A stretch of DNA of 64,000 nt from Candidatus Anstonellales archaeon. GTDB taxonomy: Archaea > Micrarchaeota > Micrarchaeia > Anstonellales > J096. The notes under the pieces are model-generated. The model was not told the DNA's origin and searched no databases. It was given only the letters and a program-made list of their open reading frames with translations. Shown here piece by piece: positions 18,046 to 27,656 of this stretch. Each line of letters starts with the position of its first letter. The first letter of the stretch is position 1. Position numbers and translations under genes: made by a program. Where the stretch lies: assembly GCA_038890615.1 (NCBI GenBank), contig JAWAFI010000001.1, positions 400,843-464,842 of the forward strand, read 5' to 3'.

Positions 18046-19392
18046 ATGCCCGATGAAGTGGTTTCCCTGCGGAAAAGGGCATTTGTGGAGGCAATGAAGA
18101 AGGCAGCTCTGGAAGAAAGCCAGCTGTCCTTATCTTCATGCATAGAAAAAGGGAAAAACCCCCTTCTTGAAAGATGCGTGCTGAAGGAAGGGAGATTTTA
18201 TGATGATCCTCAGCTTGTGTTTGTGCTTTCAGGAGGGGGGGTAAAAGGGGCTTTCTACGTGGGTTTTTTGAAGGAGCTTAGAAGGCAAGGGATAACGCCT
18301 GACTTGGTTGTGGGAACAAGCGCAGGCGGCCTTGCTGCAATAGCCCACGGCTTAGGCATGTCAGCAGAAGAGATGGAAGAACTTATGGGCCCTGAGGTAG
18401 TTGCAAAGATGAAGAGCCCGCTTAGAGTATTATGGGCTCTAATCAAGGGCAAGCTTAGAGGGGTGATAGACCCAACACCAGTCGCCAAGATATTTGAGAG
18501 AGAGGCAGCAAAGAGAGGCATATACACAGTTGGGCAGCTGCACAACAGCGTGGCAACAGCAGTGCTTCGCTCAAAGACAGATGTAGTTCTGTTTGGCAAC
18601 TCCAATGGCACCAAGCTGTCACCAGAGGTGCCTGTTGGCGTTGCAGCTGCTTCAACAATGGCAGTGCCTGGAGCAGTATTGCCTCCTGTTCTTAGGAACA
18701 GGGTAGTGCACATACTTGACCGCTTTTTGAAGGCAAAGTTCTTTGGCTTTGAGCGCTCAATCAAGCAGTTCCATGTGCACAAAGACATGTGCCTTGATGG
18801 AGGGGTGCTCCAGAACCTGCCGCTTGAAACAGCCACTACAATAGTTAATGAGACAACAGAAAGAGGCGCTGTTTTTGTTGCAGTGAACCTTGGCTACACA
18901 GGCCACCTTTGCAGGTACCCTGGAAAGAGGTTCTTCCACACAGTGAAAGAGATATGGAAGCGCGAAAAATTGGGAATGGCAATGCTGAAGACCTTGAAAG
19001 AGATTGTGAAGAGACCCAAAGAACTAATTGAAGACATATGCACAAACAACATGGTAAGGCTTGGGGTTGATGCGCTTGAGATAGCGGCGTACAGCAGCCT
19101 AATACCCAGCTTGATGACAACTCCTTACCCAGTGCTCCTTGTAAATGCCAATTATGACGAATCCCTTTCTGAGATAGGCATTTTCCAGGAAGACAGCTGG
19201 GACATGCTTGTAGAGAGGGGCGAGAAGGCAGCAAGGAACATGCTGGCGAGGCTAGGCATGGGAGAGAAGGACGATGAGACACTTAAGAGAGCAGAAAAGG
19301 CCCTTATAAAAAAGCAAAGGAAGAGTGTATTTGCACGCAATAATCTCTTCCAAGAGCCAGACATAAGTGCTGCAAATACCCTGACCGTTTAG
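18046..19392 (+). CDS. Patatin-like phospholipase
   Basis: LSGGGVKG oxyanion loop, GTSAG nucleophile, DGG catalytic Asp. Confidence 0.9.
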   Translation: MPDEVVSLRKRAFVEAMKKAALEESQLSLSSCIEKGKNPLLERCVLKEGRFYDDPQLVFVLSGGGVKGAFYVGFLKELRRQGITPDLVVGTSAGGLAAIAHGLGMSAEEMEELMGPEVVAKMKSPLRVLWALIKGKLRGVIDPTPVAKIFEREAAKRGIYTVGQLHNSVATAVLRSKTDVVLFGNSNGTKLSPEVPVGVAAASTMAVPGAVLPPVLRNRVVHILDRFLKAKFFGFERSIKQFHVHKDMCLDGGVLQNLPLETATTIVNETTERGAVFVAVNLGYTGHLCRYPGKRFFHTVKEIWKREKLGMAMLKTLKEIVKRPKELIEDICTNNMVRLGVDALEIAAYSSLIPSLMTTPYPVLLVNANYDESLSEIGIFQEDSWDMLVERGEKAARNMLARLGMGEKDDETLKRAEKALIKKQRKSVFARNNLFQEPDISAANTLTV

Positions 19393-19450
19393 GGAGCTGG
19401 TCGAGTCAAAGCTGCATTCCCCAGCATCAGCCATATCCTTTTAAACCAGA

Positions 19451-19522
19451 TGGACTCTGGGGGATTCGCACCCCCGGCCCCTCGCGTGCAAGGCGAGTGC
19501 TCTGCTACTGAGCTAAGAGCCC
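19451..19522 (-). tRNA. tRNA-Ala(TGC)
   Basis: Acceptor stem GGGCTCT/AGAGTCC with G3:U70; anticodon arm CTCGC-CTTGCAC-GCGAG; T arm GGGGG-TGCGAAT-CCCCC. Confidence 0.93.
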
Positions 19523-19535
19523 TTGAATCTTTATG

Positions 19536-19760
19536 CTACGGAGGGGATATAAATATTACGCTGTCGCCCCTTAGCAGGACTCTTCCAAAACCCTTTTTCA
19601 CTTCATTCTGCACTACCATCTCTGCTTTTTCCAGCACAATGTTCATATGGACATCATAAGCAACTAATACCCCTCTGAACTCAATCCCTCCTTTAAGCCC
19701 TACTATTACGTTGTTGTTGAGCGAGCTTGTCAGCACATCAAAAGGCCTTTTTTCTGTCAT
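19536..19760 (-). CDS. Sm-like archaeal protein (SmAP/Lsm)
   Basis: RPFDVL...GVLVAYDVHMNIVL...LLRGDSVIFISP Sm1/Sm2 motifs. Confidence 0.95.
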   Translation of the reverse strand: MTEKRPFDVLTSSLNNNVIVGLKGGIEFRGVLVAYDVHMNIVLEKAEMVVQNEVKKGFGRVLLRGDSVIFISPP

Positions 19761-19780
19761 TAATAGCACCTAACCTTTAT

Positions 19781-20251
19781 TCAATCTACTCTCTTTAAAT
19801 GGCTTTCTGTGCCGCTTTGCTCTACTATGTAGCACTCGTCAGCATGCCCTTTAAGGGCTGAGCCAAAACCTATCTCAGTGCCTATTATTATCACTTTCTT
19901 TCCATACTCTTTTGCCTTTATTATTGCAGGGACAAAGTCAATGTCGCGAGTTACTAAAAAAATTATGTCTGCTTTGTCCTTAGCCACAGTGTCAGCAACA
20001 TCAACAGCAAGCGTAACATCAACATCCCCTGAGGTTACCTCAACCTTGAACCCTTGATTGACCATTGCCTCAATAAGCTTTTCAGATGCATGCTGATCAA
20101 GATATACCCTTGCCAGCGTAATATCCCCATACTTTGCTGCGAAATCCCTTACCATTTTCACATCTATGGTTGAGCCTTTCCTTATACTATTCGGCCCATC
20201 TACAAATATAGCTACCTGCTTCCTGCCTAGCAGATCCCGCAAAAATGCCAT
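19781..20251 (-). CDS. NYN domain protein (TIGR00288-like)
   Basis: IFVDGPN, GDVDVTLAVD, TRDIDFVPAI...GKKVIIIG...AD. Confidence 0.9.
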   Translation of the reverse strand: MAFLRDLLGRKQVAIFVDGPNSIRKGSTIDVKMVRDFAAKYGDITLARVYLDQHASEKLIEAMVNQGFKVEVTSGDVDVTLAVDVADTVAKDKADIIFLVTRDIDFVPAIIKAKEYGKKVIIIGTEIGFGSALKGHADECYIVEQSGTESHLKRVD

Positions 20252-20265
20252 GCTATCTTTTATGC

Positions 20266-20940
20266 TTACAATTTAAAAAGGGTTCTGCTGTTTTTTTCAG
20301 TTGCTCTTTCAGCCTCGCCCCTTTCTATACCCAGGACTTCTGCTATGTAAGACACTGATTCCAAAACGCTCTCTGGGCTTTTGCCTATGTATGGAGCATC
20401 GCTCTCAACCAAAAGCCTTTCAAGCCCTGCCTTCTTTATAAGCTCCTTCCTAGATGAGCTCCTAATTGGAGGGATGGTGAAATAAGCACCAGTTGAAAGT
20501 GCTTCTTCTATGTTTTTGCCAGAGAAGCAGTGGAGTATTGCTTGCGGCTGCCCTTTAATGAGCTCAACAACACGCCTTTCTGCCTTGCGTGAATGGACAA
20601 CAACCGGCTTGTCCAGCTCCCTTGCTTTTGAAAGGAAAAGCGAAAAAACCCTTTCCTGCTCTGCCTTTTCTGCTTCAGTTTCTGCCCATTTCCAGTCAAG
20701 CCCTATCTCTCCTATTGCATTAGGCCCAACCTCTTCAACATAAGACAGCTCTGAATCAATATCTACCTTTTCCAGCTTAAGCGTCTGCGGAGCTACGCCT
20801 ATTGCAAAAGGCACCCCAAACCTCTTGTTAAGGGCTTCAACCCCTCTGTTTGAGGTTGGCGAAAACCCAGTTGCCACTATCGTTATTCCTGTTGGCGAAA
20901 ACCCAGGTATTTCAGTAGGATGGCAGTGGGCATCAATCAT
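20266..20940 (-). CDS. tatD: TatD family hydrolase
   Basis: IDAHCH, IGEIGLD, VVHSR, LHCFS, ESDAPY. Confidence 0.92.
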   Translation of the reverse strand: MIDAHCHPTEIPGFSPTGITIVATGFSPTSNRGVEALNKRFGVPFAIGVAPQTLKLEKVDIDSELSYVEEVGPNAIGEIGLDWKWAETEAEKAEQERVFSLFLSKARELDKPVVVHSRKAERRVVELIKGQPQAILHCFSGKNIEEALSTGAYFTIPPIRSSSRKELIKKAGLERLLVESDAPYIGKSPESVLESVSYIAEVLGIERGEAERATEKNSRTLFKL

Positions 20941-20988
20941 AACAACATTTAAAAAACCTCTCTTAATAACCTTATCGAAGGTGTTGAA

Positions 20989-21387
20989 ATGGCAGAGGAG
21001 AAGATATTCGCTTCAGCAAAGGATTTGAAGGTAGGAAAGTATGTGTTGGTGGACGGAGTGCCTTGCAAGGTAATGAGCATAGACATATCCAAGCCCGGCA
21101 AGCACGGCTCTGCAAAGATGAGGGTAGTTGCATTGGGCATATTTGATGGGTCAAAGAAGGTTTTCCTGACCCCCACTGATGGAGAAGTTGAGGTGCCGAT
21201 AATAACAAAGAAGGATGCGCAGGTTCTAAGCGTTGAAGGGGATTCAGTGCAGGTTATGGATTCGCAGACATATGAAACCTACTATCTTCCCATACCTGAA
21301 GAGTTGAAAGGGCAGATAACAGAGGGTAGCCAGCTTGAGCTTATGGAGGCAATGGGTAACAGGAGCATAGTGAGGGTAAAGGGGTGA
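20989..21387 (+). CDS. eif5a: Translation factor aIF5A
   Basis: Hypusine loop SKPGKHGSAK. Confidence 0.97.
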   Translation: MAEEKIFASAKDLKVGKYVLVDGVPCKVMSIDISKPGKHGSAKMRVVALGIFDGSKKVFLTPTDGEVEVPIITKKDAQVLSVEGDSVQVMDSQTYETYYLPIPEELKGQITEGSQLELMEAMGNRSIVRVKG

Positions 21388-21391
21388 TTGG

Positions 21392-21688
21392 GTGGAAATA
21401 CTTGAAAGGAAGCAGAACAAGCTGCTTGAGAGGGAAGAGATTGTGCTTTTGCATGAGTTCAAAGGGGCAACCCCTGACAGGAAGCAGCTTAGGGCTGATG
21501 TCAAGGCAGTGCTTGCAGTGCCTGACAGCAGGTACATAATAAGCAAAACAGAATCATTGGCAGGTACACATAAGATGAAGATATTCGTGCATGTTTACAA
21601 GAGCGAGCAGCAGCTGAGAAAAGTCGAGAATAAGCACCTTCTAATAAGGGACGGTTTCATAGAAAAGGAGAAGAAAGAGGGGGCATAA
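21392..21688 (+). CDS. rps24e: 30S ribosomal protein eS24
   Basis: NKLLEREE...H..ATPDR pattern; upstream of rps27ae. Confidence 0.9.
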   Translation: MEILERKQNKLLEREEIVLLHEFKGATPDRKQLRADVKAVLAVPDSRYIISKTESLAGTHKMKIFVHVYKSEQQLRKVENKHLLIRDGFIEKEKKEGA

Positions 21689-21689
21689 T

Positions 21690-21827
21690 ATGACAGAAAA
21701 ACCAAAGAAAAAGTATTCCTACAAGAAAGGCCAAAAGGACTGCCCTAGGTGCGGCCCTGGGACCAAGCTTGCTGAGCACAAAGACAGGCGCTCCTGCGGC
21801 AAGTGCGGCTATTTTGAGAAGAAATGA
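21690..21827 (+). CDS. rps27ae: 30S ribosomal protein eS31 (S27ae)
   Basis: Not in ORF track (45 aa): [45 protein letters not shown]. Confidence 0.95.
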   Translation: MTEKPKKKYSYKKGQKDCPRCGPGTKLAEHKDRRSCGKCGYFEKK

Positions 21828-22117
21828 TGGCAAAAAGCCATGCAAAAGGAAGCGAGATGGTGCTGGCAGTTTGCGATGAAGAGCTCCTAGGCAAGGTTTT
21901 TGAAGATGGAAGCATAGTGCTTGACTTAAAGAGGTACAAGGCTTTCTACGATGGGAAGAAGGTTAGCGAAGAAGAACTATTGGCCCTTGCCAGCCTTGCC
22001 ACATCAATAAATGCTGTAGGCAGCGGCGCATTGGTGCTTGCCAAGAGAGGCATATGCGACGAGAAAAACATAAGGTATATAAAAGGTGTGCCTCATATCC
22101 AGATATACAAGCTATAG
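21824..22117 (+). CDS. DUF424 family protein
   Basis: [12 protein letters not shown]...FYDG...ATSINAVG...IKGVPHIQ. Confidence 0.85.
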   Translation: MMAKSHAKGSEMVLAVCDEELLGKVFEDGSIVLDLKRYKAFYDGKKVSEEELLALASLATSINAVGSGALVLAKRGICDEKNIRYIKGVPHIQIYKL

Positions 22118-22126
22118 GTGGAAACC

Positions 22127-22522
22127 ATGAGGGGAATAACAATAATACTCGAGGATAAGCTCGGGGTGCTTGCGGACCTTTCTTACATATTGGGGAAGGA
22201 GAAGATAAACATAGAAACAATCTCAGCCCACACTCTTGGCGGAAAGGCAATTGTCTACCTCACAGTGGACAACTATGCAAAGGCCTGCTCTGTGCTAAAG
22301 AAGAACGGCATAGAGGCGCTTACTGAAAAGGAGCTGGTTATAAAGCTTGTAGATAAACCAGGCTCACTTTACGAAGTGGCAAAGCAGATGAAAGAAAATG
22401 GAATAAACATAAGAGAAGTGCATATAGTTTCAAGGGATGGTAAGGAAACAGTAGTATCCCTTATAGTTGACAAGGTGCAGAAGGCAAAGGCCCTTCTAAA
22501 GGACAAGCTTATCTATGAATAG
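22127..22522 (+). CDS. Tandem ACT domain protein
   Basis: EDKLGVLADLS...INIETI and DKPGSLYEVA...GINI repeats. Confidence 0.88.
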   Translation: MRGITIILEDKLGVLADLSYILGKEKINIETISAHTLGGKAIVYLTVDNYAKACSVLKKNGIEALTEKELVIKLVDKPGSLYEVAKQMKENGINIREVHIVSRDGKETVVSLIVDKVQKAKALLKDKLIYE

Positions 22523-22525
22523 CAT

Positions 22526-23752
22526 TTAGAGATTGTACCTTTCCCCAACCTTCGGGGCTATTGCGTCCCACCCTTCCTCTTTAAGCTCTGCAGCGAATTC
22601 ATCGCAATGGTCGCCGTGCATAAGGAAAATCTTCTCAGGATTAGTGCTGTTTATGAGCTTGAGCAGCCCTTCTTTGCCTATATGGGCTGAAAGGTCCATA
22701 TAGCGGACTGCTTGGTCTACTTTCATCAAGCCCTCTTCCATCTGGAGGGTGCTGTTCTCAAGCAGGAGCGAGGCGTTTGTGCCTGGTATTGGGAACCCAG
22801 TGAGAACTATTGCGGCATTCTTCGGAGCCCTTTCGATATATCCCAGCACAGGCCCGCCTTCGAGCAGCCCTGCAGTAGTTACTATGACATTTGCCCCTTT
22901 TAATGCCCTTTCTCTGTCTGCATTGCTCTTTACGGGCTTTGTGCTCCTGTACGCCTTTGCAAACTCGACCCCTTTGCTCAGGTATTCTGGGTAGCGCATG
23001 TAGATCGCAGACACATCCTTTGCCATCCCATCAACATAAACCTTGGCTTCAGGGAGGTGCTCATGCATTATCATTATCAGCTCCTGCGCCCTTCCTACTG
23101 CAAATGCAGGGAATATTACAGGGAAGCCCTTTTCCAAATACTCCCTAACAAGCTCTGCAAGCGCTTTCTCCACTTCCTTCCTTGGAGGGTGGTCCTTGTA
23201 AGAATATGTGCTTTCTATGAGCAGGTAATCGCACTCGCCTTTGTAAGAATAGCCGTTGTGGAGCTGCATCTGCTCATCCTTTATGTCCCCTGTATAAAGC
23301 AATTTCTTCCCTTGAAACTCGGCTTCTATCATGGAGCTCCCAAGTATGTGCCCTGCATCGTACCACCTGAACCTTGTTTGCCCCATCCTCAGCTCCTGCC
23401 TGTAAATCATTGGCAGCCAATTCTTCTTTGCCTTCTCTACATCCTTTTTCTTGTAAATCTCACCATTGGAAAGCTTTATTGAATCATTGAAGAGGACGCT
23501 TGCTATCTCCATTGTGGGCGGCGTGGAATAAAAGGAAGGCTTTGAATATTGGTAGAGCGCAGGTATATAGCCAGAATGGTCAAGGTGTGCATGGCTTAGC
23601 AGCACAGCATCAACCCTATCACTGAACCTTTCAGGGTAGCGGTCCTCTCCAATCATCTTTACCCCATAGTCAAGCAGCACGCTCACATCTGTTTTTAGGA
23701 GAACTGCGCTCCTTCCAACCTCCCTGGCAGCCCCTAAAAAATGTATGTCCAT
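22526..23752 (-). CDS. MBL-fold beta-CASP ribonuclease (aCPSF2-like)
   Basis: GAAREVGRS, SHAHLDHSG, AGHILGS, TGD, ESTY, FAVGRAQE, SAH, MHG; no KH domains. Confidence 0.9.
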   Translation of the reverse strand: MDIHFLGAAREVGRSAVLLKTDVSVLLDYGVKMIGEDRYPERFSDRVDAVLLSHAHLDHSGYIPALYQYSKPSFYSTPPTMEIASVLFNDSIKLSNGEIYKKKDVEKAKKNWLPMIYRQELRMGQTRFRWYDAGHILGSSMIEAEFQGKKLLYTGDIKDEQMQLHNGYSYKGECDYLLIESTYSYKDHPPRKEVEKALAELVREYLEKGFPVIFPAFAVGRAQELIMIMHEHLPEAKVYVDGMAKDVSAIYMRYPEYLSKGVEFAKAYRSTKPVKSNADRERALKGANVIVTTAGLLEGGPVLGYIERAPKNAAIVLTGFPIPGTNASLLLENSTLQMEEGLMKVDQAVRYMDLSAHIGKEGLLKLINSTNPEKIFLMHGDHCDEFAAELKEEGWDAIAPKVGERYNL

Positions 23753-23792
23753 AGGAAATAAACAGCTTCAACCTTTTTATATCTTCCCTATG

Positions 23793-24170
23793 CTAGATGT
23801 CAACCACAACCCTTATCCTATACTTCCCTCCTTCTATTCCTGCGGAGCCCATATGGAAAGTAGCTGCTTTTGCTTGGTTCCTGCAAGGGCCTCTCTCAAA
23901 TTCGACCTCTGCTTTCCATCCTTCTACCTTTTTAACCCTCACAGGCCTCAGCTGCTCTGAGTCAACAATCGCAATAAGGGAATTGAGAAGGCAAACTGCC
24001 CTTTCCAAGTCATCCTCCCCCTTTCCCTCAAAAGCCAATGTTTCCTCTGGCTTTTTGCCCCTTTCCATTAGCCCTATAAGCCCTTCAAGCGCGTAGAGCG
24101 CTGCCTCTTCCTGGCTCTTTCCTTCTGCAACTATAAGTATGTCAGCTGTGTGCTCTTCGTAGGTAAACAT
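23793..24170 (-). CDS. Archease
   Basis: EHTADI...KAATFH...VVVDI C-terminus. Confidence 0.9.
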   Translation of the reverse strand: MFTYEEHTADILIVAEGKSQEEAALYALEGLIGLMERGKKPEETLAFEGKGEDDLERAVCLLNSLIAIVDSEQLRPVRVKKVEGWKAEVEFERGPCRNQAKAATFHMGSAGIEGGKYRIRVVVDI

Positions 24171-24206
24171 AACAAGCATTTAAACCCTATGCACTATTTA
24201 AGCTTG

Positions 24207-25172
24207 ATGCATTTTGTTTTCCCTGAGCTTGAGAGGATGCGCCCAAGGTTTGAGTGGGCGCTTAAAGAGCTTGAGCAAAGCAAGTCAATAAAAGTGCGCT
24301 ACCATCTTGATGCTGATGGGATAGTGGGCGCAGCGTATATACTTGAGGCATTTGGCTGCGCGTTTGAAGGGCAAAAAAGCCCGCATTATGCCTCATTGGA
24401 AGAGGACCTGCGCTCTTCGTTTGACTGCATAGTGCTTCTTGACATAGGAAGCACTGAGGAAAAGCTGGAGGATGTGCTATCGATTGCAAGTGCAAAGCGC
24501 CTAATAATCATAGACCACCATCCTGCCCCTGCAGAGCTTAAGGAGCATAGCTTAAACCCTTGCTTCCATCTTGAATCTGGCTCGCGCTATCCTGCTGGAT
24601 ACTTGGCTTATGAGCTTGCCCGCTGCAAAGGGGTTGAAAACGATTGGTACAGGTTGGCAATAGCAGGCGACAAGAGCGACATAGGATATAGTGGAGAGGA
24701 GAGAGACATAGCAACAGTGATTGATTACCTTGCCCACCACAACGTGAAGCTAAAGGACATAGTTAGGGCGCTCAAAAGCAAGGATGATCTCCTTTACTAC
24801 CTTCCAGAAATGGCATCGCTAAAGGAAGTAGTCATTTCAAAGATAGAGGCGTCTGCATCGAAACAAGGCGTTGTAAAGGTTGTTGATTTAAGGCCATTCT
24901 TCGGCAGTTTCCCAGGCGCAGGGAAGGCCCTTGGGATGGCTTGCGAGGCGTGGAAGGGCTACATCGTGGTCGGCACTGGAGAGAAGACAGTGCTTGTGAG
25001 GACAGACAAGGACATAGGGCTCGGCTTGCTCGTTTCCCATATAAAGAAGGCATTTGGGGGGAAGATAAGGAGCGCAGGCGGGCATAGCAAGGCAGTTGCC
25101 ATAATAACTGAAAAGGGATATGAGAATGTAGTCAGGGACGAATGCATTAAGTTTTTAAATAATCTCCATTAA
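24207..25172 (+). CDS. DHH-family phosphoesterase (RecJ-like)
   Basis: HLDADG, LLDIGS, IIDHH and C-terminal GGH (DHHA1) motifs. Confidence 0.85.
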   Translation: MHFVFPELERMRPRFEWALKELEQSKSIKVRYHLDADGIVGAAYILEAFGCAFEGQKSPHYASLEEDLRSSFDCIVLLDIGSTEEKLEDVLSIASAKRLIIIDHHPAPAELKEHSLNPCFHLESGSRYPAGYLAYELARCKGVENDWYRLAIAGDKSDIGYSGEERDIATVIDYLAHHNVKLKDIVRALKSKDDLLYYLPEMASLKEVVISKIEASASKQGVVKVVDLRPFFGSFPGAGKALGMACEAWKGYIVVGTGEKTVLVRTDKDIGLGLLVSHIKKAFGGKIRSAGGHSKAVAIITEKGYENVVRDECIKFLNNLH

Positions 25173-25193
25173 TTATAACTAAGGTTGAATATT

Positions 25194-25889
25194 ATGGTTC
25201 AGGATATAAAAGGGCTCATTGAGGGAAAAGAAGAAAAGAAAAAGGCGGTGTTTTCCATGGCAAAATTGGATGAAGCTTTTGTGGAAAAGGTAGTAAAGAA
25301 GTACAGCAAAGCTGCAGGGCAAGACAGGGAGAGGACAAAGGAGGCGCTCACAAACCTAATCAATGGAAACATCAGGTTTGTAAAAGGCACCCCAAAACCA
25401 AGGGATTTTGTTGCAGAGACAAGGAAGACAGTTGAGGAAGGGCAAAAGCCATTTGCTGCGCTTGTGGTCTGCTCTGACTCCAGGAGCCCTGAGCTTGCGG
25501 TTTTCGATGCCGGGGTTGGCGAGATATTTGTGATAAGGGTGGCAGGGGTAGTGCCTGACAAGTGGGGGCTTGCAAGCTTGGAATACGCAGTGGGCCACTT
25601 AAAAGTCCCGCTAATAGGCATATTGGGCCACGACAAGTGCGGGGCCGTTACTGCTGCTTTTGGGGGTTCAAGTGAGCACGGCCATCTGGAAGGCCTGCTT
25701 GATAGCATAAAAGAGAATATAAAAGGGGCAAAGGACTTGCAAGAAGCTATAAAAGCCAATACGCTTTCTGTAAGAGGAAGCATTATCGCTCACAGCGATA
25801 CAATTGCCAAGGCATACAGCTCAGGCAAGGTTGTCATTGTGCCGCTCCACTATAGGATGGCAGATACGCTTGAGGTTGAAATTCTTTGA
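25194..25889 (+). CDS. Beta-class carbonic anhydrase
   Basis: L..GN.RF, CSDSR, GEIFVIRVAG, SLEYAV, GHDKCGAV. Confidence 0.93.
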   Translation: MVQDIKGLIEGKEEKKKAVFSMAKLDEAFVEKVVKKYSKAAGQDRERTKEALTNLINGNIRFVKGTPKPRDFVAETRKTVEEGQKPFAALVVCSDSRSPELAVFDAGVGEIFVIRVAGVVPDKWGLASLEYAVGHLKVPLIGILGHDKCGAVTAAFGGSSEHGHLEGLLDSIKENIKGAKDLQEAIKANTLSVRGSIIAHSDTIAKAYSSGKVVIVPLHYRMADTLEVEIL

Positions 25890-27073
25890 GCGAAGAAAAG
25901 AAGAAGCACAAGCTGAAGAGGCTAATAAAGAGCTTTGAAACTTTTAGAGGCGGGAATACAGAGCTTATAAGCGTTTATGTGCCAAAGGGCTACCCGATCC
26001 ACGAAGTAAGGAATAGGCTAAGGGAGGAGATGAACCAAGCAGGCAACATAAAATCAAAGACAACAAGGACGAATGTGCAGGATGCCTTGGAGAAAATACT
26101 TGCTTACCTAAAGTTTTATAACCAAACCCCTGAGAATGGCTTGGCTGTTTTTGCAGGTAATGTTTCAAGCGACCCATCAAAGAGAGACATTCAGCTTTTT
26201 GCGGTAGACCCTCCATACCCTATTGACATAAGCGTTTACAGGTGTGACAGCACATTCTTCATGGAACCCCTTAAGAAAATGCTTGATGCGAGGCAGAGCT
26301 ATGGCCTCATAGCAATGGATGGCAGGGAAGCTACTTTTGGAATCCTAAAAGGGACAAACTTAATGGTAATCACGGAAATCTCTTCCTTTGCGCATTCAAA
26401 AGTGAGGAAAGGAGGGCAGTCAGCAAGGAGGTACGAAAGGCTCATAGAAGAGCAGAGGGAGATTTACTACAAAAAGATAGGGGAGACAATGGACAAGGTA
26501 TTCCTTGAAACAACCCAAGGGGTAATAATAGGAGGCCCAGGGCCTGCAAAGGAGGACTTCCTTAAGATGAGGCCCTTCAACTATCAAATCAAAATCTTGG
26601 GCGTGGTAAACACTGGCTACACAGACGAGTATGGCCTGCGAGAGATAGTGAACAGCATGTCATCCATACTCGATAACCAAGAGGCAGTGAAAGAGAAAAA
26701 GATAGTAAACAGGTTTTTGCAGGAGGTAATAAAGGATGGGCTGGCAACTTATGGCTATGGCCCAGTGAAGGGCGCCATATTGAGTAAGCAGGCGTCTTTG
26801 GTCATGCTTTCTGAAGGCCTTGAAATGTATTTCAGGAAATACAGGTGCAGGAAGTGCAGGCAGGAGTTTGAGGTCATAGAAAAAAAGAATGAGCGCCAGA
26901 AGCACTGCGGAGATGACCCTGAGCTTTTAGAAGACAAAGACCTTGTGGAATACCTCTCCGATCTGGCAGAGGAAATGCAGATTGAAGTAGCGCTTATATC
27001 AACAGACACAGATGAAGGCATCCAGTTCCTTAATGGCTACGGAGGAATAGGGGCGCTGCTAAGATATAAATGA
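25886..27073 (+). CDS. prf1: Peptide chain release factor aRF1
   Basis: TELISVYVP, NIKS, YRCD, GGQSARR, GGIGALLRY. Confidence 0.97.
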   Translation: MSEEKKKHKLKRLIKSFETFRGGNTELISVYVPKGYPIHEVRNRLREEMNQAGNIKSKTTRTNVQDALEKILAYLKFYNQTPENGLAVFAGNVSSDPSKRDIQLFAVDPPYPIDISVYRCDSTFFMEPLKKMLDARQSYGLIAMDGREATFGILKGTNLMVITEISSFAHSKVRKGGQSARRYERLIEEQREIYYKKIGETMDKVFLETTQGVIIGGPGPAKEDFLKMRPFNYQIKILGVVNTGYTDEYGLREIVNSMSSILDNQEAVKEKKIVNRFLQEVIKDGLATYGYGPVKGAILSKQASLVMLSEGLEMYFRKYRCRKCRQEFEVIEKKNERQKHCGDDPELLEDKDLVEYLSDLAEEMQIEVALISTDTDEGIQFLNGYGGIGALLRYK

Positions 27074-27656
27074 TGGAGCATAGTGCTGCTGGGTTGCTTT
27101 CTTCCTGCTTGCTATCTGTTGGATTATATGGAGGGGGTACATAGGTGCTGCCTCCTGACTCATTAATGCTCTCCTGCACCTTTTCTTCTTGCACAGGCTC
27201 CTGCTCTTCTTTTTCTTGCCCTTCATCTTGCATTCCAGGTGCTTCTACCTCCTCATTTGCTTCATCTTGCGGCTCAGTGCATTGAAGTATGCTAAACTGT
27301 GCCTCCTTGCTCATATAGCCGCTCTTCTCTATCCTCAGCACAAACATCTTTTTTAGCAGCTCCTCCTTGCCAACGTATGTGTTTGCTGCCTTGCCTTGAG
27401 CATCTGTTTTTGCAGTTGAAATCAGCTGGTAGGAGTAATCAGCATAGAAGAGGTAAGCACTGACCCCTCCTATCTCTTCACCTGTTGAGTTGTCTCTGAC
27501 AGTGGAATAAACCTTCATTGCTTTGCAATCAACCTCAACATCTAAGCGCATGGTTTTTCCAGAGCCGAAGTCTTTTTCAGTTAGCGCTGGATGGAAGGCA
27601 AGCGCATGAGCAACTAAAACAACGAGCGCTAAGAGCGTTGCACTTTTATTGAGCAT
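27030..27656 (-). CDS. Secreted protein with prealbumin/carboxypeptidase-regulatory-like fold, acidic linker and C-terminal TM tail
   Basis: Signal peptide; VRDNSTGEEIGGVS...TDAQGKA...IEKSGY; E/Q/P-rich linker; ends ALCSIIYILAAPLFLRSH. Confidence 0.65.
   Translation of the reverse strand: MLNKSATLLALVVLVAHALAFHPALTEKDFGSGKTMRLDVEVDCKAMKVYSTVRDNSTGEEIGGVSAYLFYADYSYQLISTAKTDAQGKAANTYVGKEELLKKMFVLRIEKSGYMSKEAQFSILQCTEPQDEANEEVEAPGMQDEGQEKEEQEPVQEEKVQESINESGGSTYVPPPYNPTDSKQEESNPAALCSIIYILAAPLFLRSH

Noticed and set aside
18046..19392. CBASS system with a patatin (CapV) effector
   Set aside because: No CD-NTase or other CBASS gene is adjacent; the GGDEF gene is about 13 kb away.
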